A DNA stretch of 64,000 bases, taken from the NCBI GenBank assembly GCA_018830925.1, contig JAHJRK010000203.1, positions 19,261 to 83,260 on the forward strand. Direction: 5' to 3'. The notes under the pieces were generated by a model, which saw only the letters and a list, made by a program, of their open reading frames with translations, did not search any database and was not told the origin of the DNA. This document shows positions 50,011 through 60,357 of this stretch, in pieces (the stretch's first letter is position 1; the number at the start of each line of letters is the position of its first letter). The DNA is from Pseudomonadota bacterium. Its GTDB lineage: Bacteria; Desulfobacterota; Desulfobacteria; Desulfobacterales; RPRI01. The position numbers and the translations under genes were made by a program.

Positions 50011-50796
50011 ATGATACGTGGAATGTGGTCGGCGGCATCCGGAATGGGCGCCAATCAAATGATGATTGATGTAATTTCCAATAACCTGGCGAACGTGAAT
50101 ACAGCCGGGTTCAAGAAGAGCAGGCCTGATTTCCAGGATCTTATGTATCAGACCTTGAGTCCGGGAGGATCAAGAACTTCTTCAGGAGACCAGATCCCGA
50201 ACGGTATTCAAATCGGTATGGGAGCAATGCCGGTAGGGGTTCAGAAATTGTTTATGCAGGGGGATTTCAAGGGAACGCAAAATGAACTTGATCTGGCCAT
50301 TGAGGGGAGAGGTTTTTTTAAGGTGATAAGTAATGAAGAGGAGGTTTACACCAGGGCCGGCAATTTCAAGCTCGATTCCGACGGGAACATCGTAACTCCG
50401 AACGGAGATAAATTACAGCCGGCAATGACTGTTCCGACGTCGGATGCGGTCACAATCAAAGTCGATAAAGCCGGGACGGTATCCGTTGTTAATCCCTCAG
50501 GACAGGCAACAGAGCTTGGTGTGATAGAGCTGTACACGTTCGCGAATCCGGCGGGTCTTTTCAGCATGGGCCATAATCTGTTCAGAGCAACCGATGCGTC
50601 GGGTGATCCCATTACAGGATTACCGGGCGCAAATGGAATGGGCACTATTGCGCAGGGATTTGTCGAAATGTCTAACGTGGATGTGGTTGAAGAGATGGTT
50701 GCGATGATCATGGCCCAGAGGGCTTATGAGATTTCCAGCAAGGCGATTCAGACGGCTGATAGTATGCTGCAGATAGCCAATAACATAAAGAGGTAA
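50011..50796 (+). CDS. flgG: Flagellar distal rod protein FlgG
   Basis: 'FQDLMYQ', 'YTRAGNF' and '[16 protein letters not shown]'. Confidence 0.96.
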   Translation: MIRGMWSAASGMGANQMMIDVISNNLANVNTAGFKKSRPDFQDLMYQTLSPGGSRTSSGDQIPNGIQIGMGAMPVGVQKLFMQGDFKGTQNELDLAIEGRGFFKVISNEEEVYTRAGNFKLDSDGNIVTPNGDKLQPAMTVPTSDAVTIKVDKAGTVSVVNPSGQATELGVIELYTFANPAGLFSMGHNLFRATDASGDPITGLPGANGMGTIAQGFVEMSNVDVVEEMVAMIMAQRAYEISSKAIQTADSMLQIANNIKR

Positions 50797-50801
50797 CAAT
50801 C

Positions 50802-51557
50802 ATGATGAAATCCGCCTGCACTATCATTCTTCTGGCCTGCTTCATGGTGTTCGGTTTCAATTTCGAAGTGAAATCCGATGACAGAGCGGAAAATCCGAAG
50901 AGCGGGCATGTCTCCGGCCAGACAATTCCGGAATCCCGATTCCAGGAAGCCTTTAGCGGGTATATTAATTCACGGCTGGAAAAGGAAAACATCGAAATTA
51001 TTATATCCAAATTTTCGGTTTACGGTAATAAACTACTGCCTGCCGGGGAAGTCTCATTGCGGATATTTCAGAAAGGCCGGGAAGAACTCTACGGGTATGT
51101 GCGGCTGATCGCCATAGTCAGCGTAGATGATGTTCCCAGAACAGAGGTTACGCTTTCAGGCTGGATTGACGCGTTCGATTCGGTTGTATGCGCCTCACGC
51201 CGTCTTAATAAAGGAGAAGTAATTGCGAAAAACGATGTGTACCTGACCAAGAAAAACATCTCCCGTCTTCATCAGGGTACTTTGACCGATATGAACCAGG
51301 CGATCGGTCTCATGCTCAATCACGATATAAAGGAAAACGACACGCTTAAGGAAGGAATGCTGAAAAGAGCGCCGATCGTGAAGAGAGGAGACATGGTTAC
51401 GATTCTGGCGGAGATGGGGGGTATAAGAGTGACTGCTCCCGGGAAAATCCTGGAGAAAGGTTATCAGGGTGAATATGTCAGGGTTCAGAATGCGATAAGC
51501 AAGAAGAATGTACACGCCAAAGTGGTTAATGACTCAACCGTAATGGTGGATTTTTGA
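50802..51557 (+). CDS. flgA: P-ring assembly chaperone FlgA
   Basis: Signal peptide, SAF-like region and 'VKRGDMVTI...G..GEYVRVQN..S'. Confidence 0.9.
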   Translation: MMKSACTIILLACFMVFGFNFEVKSDDRAENPKSGHVSGQTIPESRFQEAFSGYINSRLEKENIEIIISKFSVYGNKLLPAGEVSLRIFQKGREELYGYVRLIAIVSVDDVPRTEVTLSGWIDAFDSVVCASRRLNKGEVIAKNDVYLTKKNISRLHQGTLTDMNQAIGLMLNHDIKENDTLKEGMLKRAPIVKRGDMVTILAEMGGIRVTAPGKILEKGYQGEYVRVQNAISKKNVHAKVVNDSTVMVDF

Positions 51558-51564
51558 GGGAAAA

Positions 51565-52296
51565 ATGAATGCAAAAAACATTGTATCATTATTAATTATG
51601 CTGGTTTTGTTAACAGGCTGTGCCGCCGGTTTCCAGAATATCGGGCTTTCGGCAAAGGGCGAAGAAAATGACACTACCCGTGGAATGAGTCAGCCTGTCC
51701 ATCAATCTTTGGAAAAATCGGAAGGGTCTTTATGGTCGGAAACCGGTGGGGTCACATTTTTTTCGGACAGTCGTGCAAGACAGGTGGGTGATATCGTCAT
51801 CATAAGGATCGTTGAAGATCCCGAGGCGGTACTGAACGCAAATACCAAAACGAGCCGGACTTCAGGCATAGATGCAGCGAAACTGGATGTTTTAAGTGTT
51901 TTGAAGAACCTTGCGACAAAAAACAAGTGGATGGGGCTTCCTGCTGATCCGGCGTCGGAGGACCTTATGCTGGCGTCTCTGGGTACGAAATTCGACGGAA
52001 AAGGTACAAGCGACAGGGACGGGCACGTGAAGGCATATGTCTCCGCCTTGGTTGTCAAGGTATTCCCGAACGGCAATCTGCTTGTCAACGGTAAGAGGGA
52101 AATCAGGGTTAATAACGAAACGGAATATATAACACTTTCGGGTATAATAAGGGTCGGTGATATCAGTCCGTCCAATGAGATCTCTTCGGCTTATGTGGCC
52201 GATGCGAGGATTGCATATTCCGGAACAGGCCCGGTGGGGGATAAACAGAAACCGGGATGGTTGATGGGAGCTATTGATTATGTCTGGCCGTTTTAA
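51565..52296 (+). CDS. flgH: L-ring lipoprotein FlgH
   Basis: Lipobox LTGC, 'GSLW', 'DSRARQVGD' and 'PNGNL'. Confidence 0.95.
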   Translation: MNAKNIVSLLIMLVLLTGCAAGFQNIGLSAKGEENDTTRGMSQPVHQSLEKSEGSLWSETGGVTFFSDSRARQVGDIVIIRIVEDPEAVLNANTKTSRTSGIDAAKLDVLSVLKNLATKNKWMGLPADPASEDLMLASLGTKFDGKGTSDRDGHVKAYVSALVVKVFPNGNLLVNGKREIRVNNETEYITLSGIIRVGDISPSNEISSAYVADARIAYSGTGPVGDKQKPGWLMGAIDYVWPF

Positions 52297-53446
52297 AATA
52301 TTATTCTTATCGGTGATGGCGCTGAGTTTACTGTTCCCTTCCGTGGTTCTATCCGCACGGATAAAGGATCTGGCTTCGATTAAAGGGATCAGGACTAACC
52401 AGCTTTTCGGGTATGGCCTGGTCATCGGTCTCAACGGCAGCGGGGACAAGGGGGGCACCGGTTTTACCATTCAGGCGCTGGCAAACATGATGGAAAAAAT
52501 GGGAATACGGGTTAACCCCCTGGATGTAAAGGTCAATAACGTTGCTGCGGTAATGGTAAACGCGGAACTCCCGCCCTTTGCCCGGATCGGAAAAAATATA
52601 GACGTAACGATATCATCCATCGGAGATGCCAAAAGCCTCCAGGGTGGAACACTCCTGCTCACTCCGTTGAAAGGAGTTGACGGCAGGGTATATGCACTGG
52701 CCCAGGGTCCGATTATCGTCGGCGGATATGAAGCCGGGGGCGACGCAGGTGGCGGAGTCACGAAGAATCATCCCACTGTCGGCAGGATAAGCAACGGCGC
52801 TTCGGTTGAGAAAGAGGTCCTCGTGTCGCTGGAAGATAAAAAAGAGCTGATCCTTATGCTGGAAAATCCGGATTTTGTAACTGCCACAAGAGTTTCGGAA
52901 GCGATCAAGACTCATTTCGGAGAAGACATTGCCAAACCCGTGGATTCAGGTACTCTAAAAATAAAGATTCCTGAAGTGTTTCAGAACGATGTGGTCCGCC
53001 TGATTGCACAATTGGGCAACCTTGATGTCACGCCCGATATGGTCGCCAGGGTTATTGTAAACGAGAAAACCGGCACGGTGGTGATCGGAGAGAATGTCAG
53101 GATTTCGATTGTTGCCATTGCCCATGGAAACCTTAACATACAGATAAAAGAGTCTAAGGATGTTTCACAACCGATGCCTTTTGGAGTCTCCCGGTCTGTC
53201 GGAAATCCCGTACAGATGGAAAAAGGCACGGTCGTTGCGCCAGGCGGAGCGACTGTTGTGACACCCGATACGGACATAAATGTCAAAGAGGAAAAAGCCC
53301 GACTGCTTTTGCTCGAGAGCGGAAGAACCGTAGGAGAACTGGTGCGAGCCCTGAATGCAATCGGTGTTACTCCCAGGGACCTCATTACCATACTTCAGAC
53401 GATTAAAGCGGCAGGAGCTCTCCAGGCCGAGCTGGAAATAATTTAG
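52280..53446 (+). CDS. flgI: P-ring protein FlgI
   Basis: 'ARIKD...NQLFGYGLVIGLNGSGD' and 'SLQGGTLL'. Confidence 0.97.
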   Translation: MSGRFKILFLSVMALSLLFPSVVLSARIKDLASIKGIRTNQLFGYGLVIGLNGSGDKGGTGFTIQALANMMEKMGIRVNPLDVKVNNVAAVMVNAELPPFARIGKNIDVTISSIGDAKSLQGGTLLLTPLKGVDGRVYALAQGPIIVGGYEAGGDAGGGVTKNHPTVGRISNGASVEKEVLVSLEDKKELILMLENPDFVTATRVSEAIKTHFGEDIAKPVDSGTLKIKIPEVFQNDVVRLIAQLGNLDVTPDMVARVIVNEKTGTVVIGENVRISIVAIAHGNLNIQIKESKDVSQPMPFGVSRSVGNPVQMEKGTVVAPGGATVVTPDTDINVKEEKARLLLLESGRTVGELVRALNAIGVTPRDLITILQTIKAAGALQAELEII

Positions 53447-53457
53447 AGGAGAAGGGT

Positions 53458-53742
53458 ATGATTATTAAGGATGCCGGACCGGTTCCCATTTCAGTAAACA
53501 ATCAGACGGAAGCTTCTAAGGAAAAGCTGAAAAAGGCGTGCGCGGATTTTGAGTCGATTTTCCTGTCTTATATGCTCAAGACGATGCGAGCGAGCTCTTC
53601 GGAGCCTGGTCTGGTCGGCAAAAGCCATGAGAGTAAAATACTATATGCAATGTATGATGAAAAGCTGAGTGAAGAAATCGCAGGCAGCGGGGGAATAGGA
53701 CTCGCGAACATACTTTTGGAGAAGCTTAAGAATAGGCTGTAG
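53458..53742 (+). CDS. flgJ: Short FlgJ (rod-binding domain only)
   Basis: 'LKKACADFESIFLSYMLKTMR...GGIGLA'. Confidence 0.9.
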   Translation: MIIKDAGPVPISVNNQTEASKEKLKKACADFESIFLSYMLKTMRASSSEPGLVGKSHESKILYAMYDEKLSEEIAGSGGIGLANILLEKLKNRL

Positions 53743-53838
53743 GCTGAAGGTGGAAGGCTGAAGGTTCAAGGTGGAAAGTTCAAGGTGAAAGGTTCAAGGG
53801 TAATGGCCTTGAGATGTTTTACAGCATTCAGTCTATCT
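53733..53838. repeat. Heptamer array (AGGCTGA/AGGTTCA) supplying the flgJ stop
   Basis: ataggctgTAGgctgaaggtggaaggctgaaggttcaagg... Confidence 0.8.
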
Positions 53839-53841
53839 TTT

Positions 53842-53870
53842 GTTAAGGTTTGGGCTTAATATACCGATAA
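53842..53870 (+). promoter_or_regulatory. Sigma28 promoter of flgN-flgK-flgL-csrA-fliW
   Basis: GTTAAG-N15-ACCGATAA. Confidence 0.75.
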
Positions 53871-53891
53871 ATAACCCAGGGAGTTCATTTT

Positions 53892-54377
53892 ATGGAAGAG
53901 ACGATTGTGGAGTTTCTTGAAAAAAGCTTGTACGAAAAGATATTTCTTTATAATGACCTGCTTTTTTGCTTTAAAAAGGAAAAAGACGCATTGGCCAATA
54001 TGGATATGGACAACCTGTGGAATATATCAAAGGAAAAAGATGAACTCTGTTCAAAGATAGAGTCCATCAGACAGAAGATGTTTTCTGCAGCTGGTTCGGA
54101 AGCCGATCAGCAGCAATTTGCCCCGGTCATGATAATGGACCTTGTCCCGGAAAAGAACCGGTCGAAATTCCACGAACTATATTCTACGCTGCGAAAGTTG
54201 AAAAACGAGATCGATGTCATGCGTGAATTAAATATGAATACCGTGGATCATTCACTGAAGTTTCTTGATGAAATCATATCAATCATTACAGGCCAGGTTC
54301 AGCAGAATGTAATATATAACGGCAGGTGCCGGCTGAACCAATCAAGAAGCAACATGATATTGAGCAGGGAGGTCTGA
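53892..54377 (+). CDS. flgN: Export chaperone FlgN
   Basis: Helical ORF with 'E...L...D...L' and 'N...V..SL..L..I' patterns, directly upstream of flgK. Confidence 0.8.
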   Translation: MEETIVEFLEKSLYEKIFLYNDLLFCFKKEKDALANMDMDNLWNISKEKDELCSKIESIRQKMFSAAGSEADQQQFAPVMIMDLVPEKNRSKFHELYSTLRKLKNEIDVMRELNMNTVDHSLKFLDEIISIITGQVQQNVIYNGRCRLNQSRSNMILSREV

Positions 54378-54379
54378 TC

Positions 54380-56170
54380 ATGTCAAGTCTGGGACTGGTA
54401 TTTGATATCGCCAAAGATGCTTTGTCCGCCCAGCGTTATGGTCTGGACGTAACGGCTCATAATATTGCCAATGTAAATACCCCCGGTTATTCCAGGCAGA
54501 ATCCGGTTTACGAGGCGAAAATTCCCACGGGTTACGGCGAATTGCTTTTTGGCCGGGGGGTTGACACCAGCACAGTGATGAGGACTTCCGACCAGTTTGT
54601 TGAAAACCGGCTCATGCAGCAACAGTCGGGCCTGCTCTACTCCAAAGAGATGGAGAGCTATGTAAAAATTCTCGAGGGGATCTTTAACGAAAATTCGCAG
54701 ACCGGTATCAGTAGCCTGATGGCCGGATTCTGGAATCTGTGGCAGGATATTTCAAACAATCCGTCCGGCTCTTCCGAACGTAGCGCCCTTTATGAATACA
54801 GTGTCCAGTTGTCGGAGCAACTGAATTTGCTTGATACGGAAATGAATCAACTCGAAATTGATTTGACCAATGCTGTAGCTGGGGGGATCGGCAAAATCAA
54901 TCAGATCACCAGCGAAATTGCAGAAATCAATAGACAAATTCCCGGAATGGAAACAGGCAGTATCGCCAACGACTTAAGGGATAAGCGAAACGAGCTGCTA
55001 TCGGAGCTTTCCGGATACATTGATACGAAATCCTTTGAGCAGGAGAACGGATCCCTCACGATTGTCACAGCCAGGGGGTGCGTCCTGGTCAGCGGAACCA
55101 ACAGCTATGATTTGACTCTCGGAGGCACAAACGGAAACAGAGTGTTGTGGCAGGGTTCCGGCGGAAATAATACAGACATTACAAGCTATATCGGCAATGG
55201 GAAACTGGGCGGATGGCTTGACATGCGCGACCAGATCCTTGCCAAATATGAACTGGATCTCGATGCTTTTGCCAAAGAACTTGCCTGGTCCGTAAACCTG
55301 AAGCACAGCCAGGGGATCGGTCTTGCGGCTTTATCCACGGTTACGGGAACATACGCGGTTACAACTCCTGCTGCTGCGATCACTGCAAGTGGCTTATCCT
55401 ACCAGGATAAAGTTGATGACAGTAACAAGACCTTCAATATATGGCTGTATGATGCTGCTGGTGATCCGTACGACTCTGATCCTGGCGCTCCCGGGCTTCA
55501 GGGCAATCCTATCACCATCACTGTAACGTCGGGCATGACAATAAATGGGTTAGTGGCTGCGATTAATGGCGGCACAGGAATACAGGCATCTCTTAATAGT
55601 CAAAATCGAATGGCTATAAGCATAGATGCTGCAGTAATACCATCGGGCACCTTTGCCTTTTCAGATGACACGAGCAATGTATTGGCCGCTCTCGGCATCA
55701 ATACTTTTTTTTCGGGATCGAGCGCCGGCAATATCGCAGTGAATGACAGTATCGGTTCTGATATCAATCTGATAGCCGCGGCCCGGATCAATGCAGACGG
55801 GTCATTTGCCGCAGGAGACAACCGGAACGCAATGGCCGTTTCCGACATTCAATACGCGTCCCAGAGTATCTCACGCTGGACATGCGACAGGATCAATGGA
55901 AATACTGAAGGCAGCACTACTTCAAGCCTTGAAGACTATTATCACTCCATGGTCGGTTCCATCGGAATCGCCTCGGCCGGCATTTCGAGGAATAAATCTT
56001 TTAACGAAGTGATGGTAAGTAAATTGGGCGACATACGCGACGGCATTTCCGCAGTATCGCTTGATGAAGAAATGACCAACCTTATTAAATTCCAGCAGGC
56101 ATATGCCGCGGCGGCAAAACTTATCAGTACCGCGGACGAAATGCTTGATACACTGCTAAGCGTGAAGTAA
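54380..56170 (+). CDS. flgK: Hook-associated protein FlgK
   Basis: 'AHNIANVNTPGYSRQ' and 'VSLDEEMTNLIKFQQAYAAAAK'. Confidence 0.97.
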   Translation: MSSLGLVFDIAKDALSAQRYGLDVTAHNIANVNTPGYSRQNPVYEAKIPTGYGELLFGRGVDTSTVMRTSDQFVENRLMQQQSGLLYSKEMESYVKILEGIFNENSQTGISSLMAGFWNLWQDISNNPSGSSERSALYEYSVQLSEQLNLLDTEMNQLEIDLTNAVAGGIGKINQITSEIAEINRQIPGMETGSIANDLRDKRNELLSELSGYIDTKSFEQENGSLTIVTARGCVLVSGTNSYDLTLGGTNGNRVLWQGSGGNNTDITSYIGNGKLGGWLDMRDQILAKYELDLDAFAKELAWSVNLKHSQGIGLAALSTVTGTYAVTTPAAAITASGLSYQDKVDDSNKTFNIWLYDAAGDPYDSDPGAPGLQGNPITITVTSGMTINGLVAAINGGTGIQASLNSQNRMAISIDAAVIPSGTFAFSDDTSNVLAALGINTFFSGSSAGNIAVNDSIGSDINLIAAARINADGSFAAGDNRNAMAVSDIQYASQSISRWTCDRINGNTEGSTTSSLEDYYHSMVGSIGIASAGISRNKSFNEVMVSKLGDIRDGISAVSLDEEMTNLIKFQQAYAAAAKLISTADEMLDTLLSVK

Positions 56171-56179
56171 GATACTGAT

Positions 56180-56341
56180 GATTAGGTGGGTAGGCTATAG
56201 GCAGTTAGCCTGCAGAAAGATAGGCCGAAGGCTGTCCGCCACACTGTTTGGCGGATTAGACTGTAGGAATTATCCCTAAAAGCCTACAGACTAACAGTCT
56301 ATAGCCTAAATACCTTCAGCCTAAACAACCTTAGTTGTTAC
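56180..56341. mobile_element. Heptamer fold-back element (empty-site allele of 12753-13025) with a nested TCCGCC hairpin
   Basis: Shares ggaattatccctaaaagcctacagactaacagtct and the right end ACCTTAGTTGTTAC. Confidence 0.82.
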
Positions 56342-56358
56342 AATAGGAGAAGACCATT

Positions 56359-57237
56359 ATGCGGGTTGCCAATAAAACCATATATGATGTCGTAAAATAT
56401 AATTTGGGCAAAGCCTGTGAGGAAATGAACAACTCAAACAGAATCGTCTCTTCAGGCAAACGCATTTTAAATCTATCGGATGATCCGGTCGGACTTACAC
56501 AGTCCCTGAAGATCAAATCAACGCTTTCAGGTCTCGATCAGTTGGGAAGAAATATCTCAATGGGGAAATCCTGGCTTGCCTCATCCGAAAGCGCGTTGAG
56601 CCATGTGCAGGAATTGATTTCCGGTGCAAAGGCATTGAGTGTCCAGATGGCATCCGGTACTACAGGAGCCGCGCAAAGGGCATCAGCTTCACTGACCGTT
56701 CAAAACATACTGGATGAGATCGTGTCGCTGGCAAATACCGAGGTGGGCGGGCGATATATCTTTTCAGGATCGAAAACCGATACGGCCCCATTCAGCAGTG
56801 ATGATACCAACACTATCACTTACAACGGCAACGACGAGCCGTTTGCCGTCAAAATAGGCAGGGATACAACAGTTCAGGTGGGAAAAGACGGGGATGAAGT
56901 GTTTGGAACGATTTTTAAAACCCTGAGCGATTTGAAAGTCGCCTTGAACGGCAACGATGTTCCCGGTATTCAGGCCAGCCTCACCAGCCTGACTGATCAT
57001 TTCAATGAGATATCGGGCAATATATCGGATATCGGCTCTAAAATGAACCGCATGGAGATCAAGGAGAATATTTTTCAGGATTTGAAGATCACAAACACAG
57101 ACAGGCTTTCGACTATTGAAGATGCTGATATCGCCGAAGCGATCATGGACCTTAAAGCAAAGGAACTTGCCTATCAGGCGGCCCTGGTATCTTCATCCAA
57201 GGTTATGCAATTGAGCCTGGTTGATTATTTGAAATAA
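56359..57237 (+). CDS. flgL: Hook-associated protein FlgL
   Basis: 'SSGKRI...SDDP', 'YIFSG' and 'YQAAL...SLVDYL'. Confidence 0.95.
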   Translation: MRVANKTIYDVVKYNLGKACEEMNNSNRIVSSGKRILNLSDDPVGLTQSLKIKSTLSGLDQLGRNISMGKSWLASSESALSHVQELISGAKALSVQMASGTTGAAQRASASLTVQNILDEIVSLANTEVGGRYIFSGSKTDTAPFSSDDTNTITYNGNDEPFAVKIGRDTTVQVGKDGDEVFGTIFKTLSDLKVALNGNDVPGIQASLTSLTDHFNEISGNISDIGSKMNRMEIKENIFQDLKITNTDRLSTIEDADIAEAIMDLKAKELAYQAALVSSSKVMQLSLVDYLK

Positions 57238-57265
57238 ATATTTCAGGGAGTGCCATGGAAGGGCC

Positions 57266-57511
57266 ATGCTGGTTATAACACGGAAGTCAGGTGAACGGAT
57301 TACGATCGGCGACGATATCGTTGTTACCGTGCTTGAAGTAAAGGGATCGCTTGTCAAACTGGGAGTTGAAGCGCCCAAGTGTATCAGCATTCACCGGCAG
57401 GAGATATACGACAGAATCCGGGAACAGAATATGGAGTCGTCGGAAATCAATGAGTCCGACCTTGGTATGGCGGTTTCCATATTAAACAAAACTCAATTGG
57501 ATGGTGATTAA
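57266..57511 (+). CDS. csrA: Carbon storage regulator CsrA
   Basis: '[18 protein letters not shown]...GVEAPK...HRQEIY'. Confidence 0.97.
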   Translation: MLVITRKSGERITIGDDIVVTVLEVKGSLVKLGVEAPKCISIHRQEIYDRIREQNMESSEINESDLGMAVSILNKTQLDGD

Positions 57512-57513
57512 AG

Positions 57514-57948
57514 GTGAAGATTAAAACTACGCGGTTCGGAACTATAAGCATAAAAAAGGATAAGATAATTCATATGCCTTCCGGGATGCTGGGATTTTCG
57601 GAGAAAAAGCGGTTTGTGCTGTTTCGGCATAAAGAAAATTCTCCGTTTTTCTGGTACCAGTCCGTGGATGAACCCTCGCTGGCTTTTGTGGTAACCAGCC
57701 CGTTTCTTTTTGTGCCGGAGTATTCGGTTGACGCTGATGATGCGGCAAAGGCGATGTTCTGGAACGATGCCGTTGAAAGTGATTTGGAGTTGTATGTAGT
57801 TGCCAACATCCCCAAAGGTGAACCCGATAAAATGACGGCCAATCTGATCGGTCCTATCCTGATAAATGTAAAAAAACGACAGGCGGTCCAGATGGTGATT
57901 TCCAACAGCCCTTATTCACATAAGTCCCCCATTGCCGCCGGAAAATAA
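57514..57948 (+). CDS. fliW: Flagellar assembly factor FliW
   Basis: 'TTRFG', 'GMLGF', 'QSVDEP.LAF' and 'TANLIGPI'. Confidence 0.95.
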   Translation: MKIKTTRFGTISIKKDKIIHMPSGMLGFSEKKRFVLFRHKENSPFFWYQSVDEPSLAFVVTSPFLFVPEYSVDADDAAKAMFWNDAVESDLELYVVANIPKGEPDKMTANLIGPILINVKKRQAVQMVISNSPYSHKSPIAAGK

Positions 57949-58096
57949 TGGATACACAGTTGTTGTGTCAACATGTCAAAATATTGACTACAAGTTTTGG
58001 GAATCAAGGGGGAATAAAATTGTTTGCGGCTTCGTGTAGTTACAAAAGATAAAAAATCTTCTCCGAGGATTTCCATCACTTTTTCTGCAGTATCTG

Positions 58097-58285
58097 CTAT
58101 CCGGCCTGATATCGATCCAGCATCTCATCCAATTCTGCATAACAAGCCCGGACAGCTTCCAGTGAGCCGCTCAGATTGATAACCTGATCAGGGAAATTGA
58201 TATTCAACAATTTGCAGCCGTTTAAAACCGAAATGCCGGCCACAAGGTTTAACTACCTGTATTTATCCGTAAGCGCTGTATCCAT
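58097..58285 (-). pseudogene. Small 62-codon ORF interrupted by an in-frame TAG at codon 11
   Basis: RBS GAGGTG, then MDTALTDKYR*LNLVAGISVLNGCKLLNINFPDQVINLSGSLEAVRACYAELDEMLDRYQAG*. Confidence 0.5.
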
Positions 58286-58467
58286 AAGTCACCTCACTTC
58301 GTCATTTGAGTATTAATTGCTCAATGATTGAGATCGGTTTTAATTGAAAAATTGCTTCCCCAAATGCCGTTATTGACAGCGGTGAACACCTCGTCTTTAA
58401 ATTTTATTTTAGTTTTGAAGATGCCCGTCTGATAAGATGCACGCACATCCGAGAAGCTTTAATTATA

Positions 58468-58496
58468 TTATCGGTAACAAAACGAAAAATCTTTAG
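58468..58496 (-). promoter_or_regulatory. Sigma28 promoter, convergent with fliW
   Basis: CTAAAG-N15-ACCGATAA, with boxes identical to 4495-4523. Confidence 0.7.
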
Positions 58497-58914
58497 CTTT
58501 CGATATGTCTTAAATTTTTAGCTTTAAATATATTTTAAAGCAAAACTTGTTCCAAGATCATCACTCTTTGTACTATAATTTCAGAGTTAAAAGCTTTGAT
58601 CTTACTCTATCATGTTTCAAACAGGCGCATGAGATGACCGGCGGCTGGATTGAAAGCATAAAGGCTGTTCCGGTTAAGCGCCGCCCGAATTATATTTACC
58701 GAAAATACTGGAAAGCGCAAAACGGGAAAGCTGGGATAAGCCTGCCGGATTAAGCTTTTTCTTGAAGGCGCAAAACACAGGTAAAGTAAGCTGTAAGATA
58801 AACAGCTTGCAAACGGCACACTCTTTGAATATATCGAGACAGACTGATGGGAAAAAGCTTTTATAGATGTTTTGCAGACTTAAGAATAAACACTCGAACG
58901 TTTGTTAGCAGTTA

Positions 58915-59012
58915 TGGCGGAAGTGCATGGGAATCGAACCCACCCGGGACGGTTTCAGCGCCCCACACCGGATTTGAAGTCCGGGAGCCCCACCAGTGAA
59001 CTGTGCACTTCC
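58915..59012 (-). tRNA. selC: tRNA-Sec (anticodon UCA)
   Basis: 8-bp acceptor stem GGAAGTGC/GCACTTCC, anticodon arm CCGGA-CTTCAAA-TCCGG, long variable arm, GTTCGATTC and encoded CCA. Confidence 0.96.
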
Positions 59013-59014
59013 AG

Positions 59015-59050
59015 ATTAAAAGTGGGCATATAATTAAAAGTGGGCATATA
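59015..59050. repeat. Perfect 2 x 18-bp tandem duplication in the selC leader
   Basis: ATTAAAAGTGGGCATATA occurs twice. Confidence 0.95.
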
Positions 59051-59075
59051 ATAGTAACATACATTTATTTGTCAA
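59048..59075 (-). promoter_or_regulatory. Sigma70 promoter of selC
   Basis: TTGACA-N16-TATTAT on the minus strand. Confidence 0.55.
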
Positions 59076-59081
59076 TTAAAT

Positions 59082-59180
59082 TAATTAGGACGCCGATTTT
59101 CGCCGATACCCGCAGATAATTATTCTATCGGCTCTTTATATTAAAATCTCTAAAATCTGCGTCCGTCCGCGTCCGAAAAA
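59082..59180 (-). mobile_element. ~95-nt CGCAGAT/ATCTGCG fold-back element, copy B
   Basis: Its reverse complement aligns along its whole length with 49019-49113. Confidence 0.8.
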
Positions 59181-59217
59181 GAAATTTCTATACCATTAAA
59201 ATATATCGGAGTTTATT

Positions 59218-60357
59218 ATGATTAACAGAGAAAGGTTGATAGATACGTTTCGGTTTCTTGTCGGGATTGACAGTGTTTCAAGACAGGAAGGCGATATTGC
59301 GGAAGAGTTGAAAAAGATACTTGAATCAATGGGAGCGGAAACGGTTTTTGACGGAGCCGGAAAAATGACAGGAAGCAACACCGGTAACCTTATCGCGAAA
59401 TTCAAGGGCAATAAAAAGGTTCCGCCACTGCTCCTGAACGCTCACATGGATACTGTTGAACCCGGAAGGGGTGTTATTCCTGTTCTAAAGGACGGCGTAT
59501 TTACGAGTGACGGCACGACAATACTGGGTGCGGACGATAAAAGCGCGATTGCGGTTCTGCTGGAAGTAATGACGGTTCTTAAAGAGAAGGATATGGCTTT
59601 TGGGCCGATCGAGATGGTCCTTACAATATGTGAGGAGATCGGCCTTATGGGGGCAAAACATCTTGATATGAGTCTTGTTACTGCAAAATACGGTTACGCG
59701 CTTGATTCTACTGATACTGAAGGCATAATTACACGCGCTCCGAGCGCGAACAAGATAGAATTCAGGGTTTACGGGAGAGACGCGCATGCAGGGGCGGCTC
59801 CTGAAAAGGGAATAAATGCTATCTGGCTTGCAAGCAGGGCGATTGCTGGGCTTCAACTCGGACGGATTGATGGCGAAACGACATGTAACATAGGGATTAT
59901 AAACGGCGGGATAGCGACCAATATCGTTCCTAACCTTGTTTGTGTAAAGGGGGAGGTAAGGAGCCATGATGATGAAAAACTGAAAAAAGTTACAGGCGCT
60001 ATAGTTGCTGCTTTTGAAGATAGTGTGAGAAGTTATGGAAATAATTCATCAGACGGCCTCCCTAAGGTTGATGTTATTATAGAAGATGATTTTTTCAGAA
60101 CAGATATTCCCGAAGATCACCCTGTGGTTGCTTTGGCTCAAAGAGCAGCCTCTAATCTCGGAAGGAAAATGATAACAAAGACCACAGGCGGAGGAGCCGA
60201 TGCCAATATCTTTTTTACAAAGGGTATTATTACAGGCGTTATAGGAACAGGGATGCGCGATATGCATACGGTACGGGAATCGGTCAAAGTTGACGATATG
60301 GTGAAGACCGGAGAGCTTCTGCTTGAGATAATAAGGCTTCATACGATGACAGGCTAA
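59218..60357 (+). CDS. M20-family metallopeptidase (peptidase T-like)
   Basis: 'AHMDTV', 'LGADDK', 'EEIG' and 'MHT'. Confidence 0.92.
   Translation: MINRERLIDTFRFLVGIDSVSRQEGDIAEELKKILESMGAETVFDGAGKMTGSNTGNLIAKFKGNKKVPPLLLNAHMDTVEPGRGVIPVLKDGVFTSDGTTILGADDKSAIAVLLEVMTVLKEKDMAFGPIEMVLTICEEIGLMGAKHLDMSLVTAKYGYALDSTDTEGIITRAPSANKIEFRVYGRDAHAGAAPEKGINAIWLASRAIAGLQLGRIDGETTCNIGIINGGIATNIVPNLVCVKGEVRSHDDEKLKKVTGAIVAAFEDSVRSYGNNSSDGLPKVDVIIEDDFFRTDIPEDHPVVALAQRAASNLGRKMITKTTGGGADANIFFTKGIITGVIGTGMRDMHTVRESVKVDDMVKTGELLLEIIRLHTMTG

Noticed and set aside
58050-58460. CsrB-like sRNA beside csrA
   Set aside because: About ten GGA on the minus strand is only modestly above chance, and they are not in evident repeated hairpin loops. 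Kept only as an alternative hypothesis.
58547-58819. Short ORFs between the sigma28 promoter and selC
   Set aside because: There is no convincing RBS or motif, and overlapping ORFs on both strands suggest noise.
58814-58829. Sigma54-like CGGCACACTCTTTGAA
   Set aside because: The -12 element is non-consensus and there is no downstream ORF (it points antisense into selC), so it cannot be supported.
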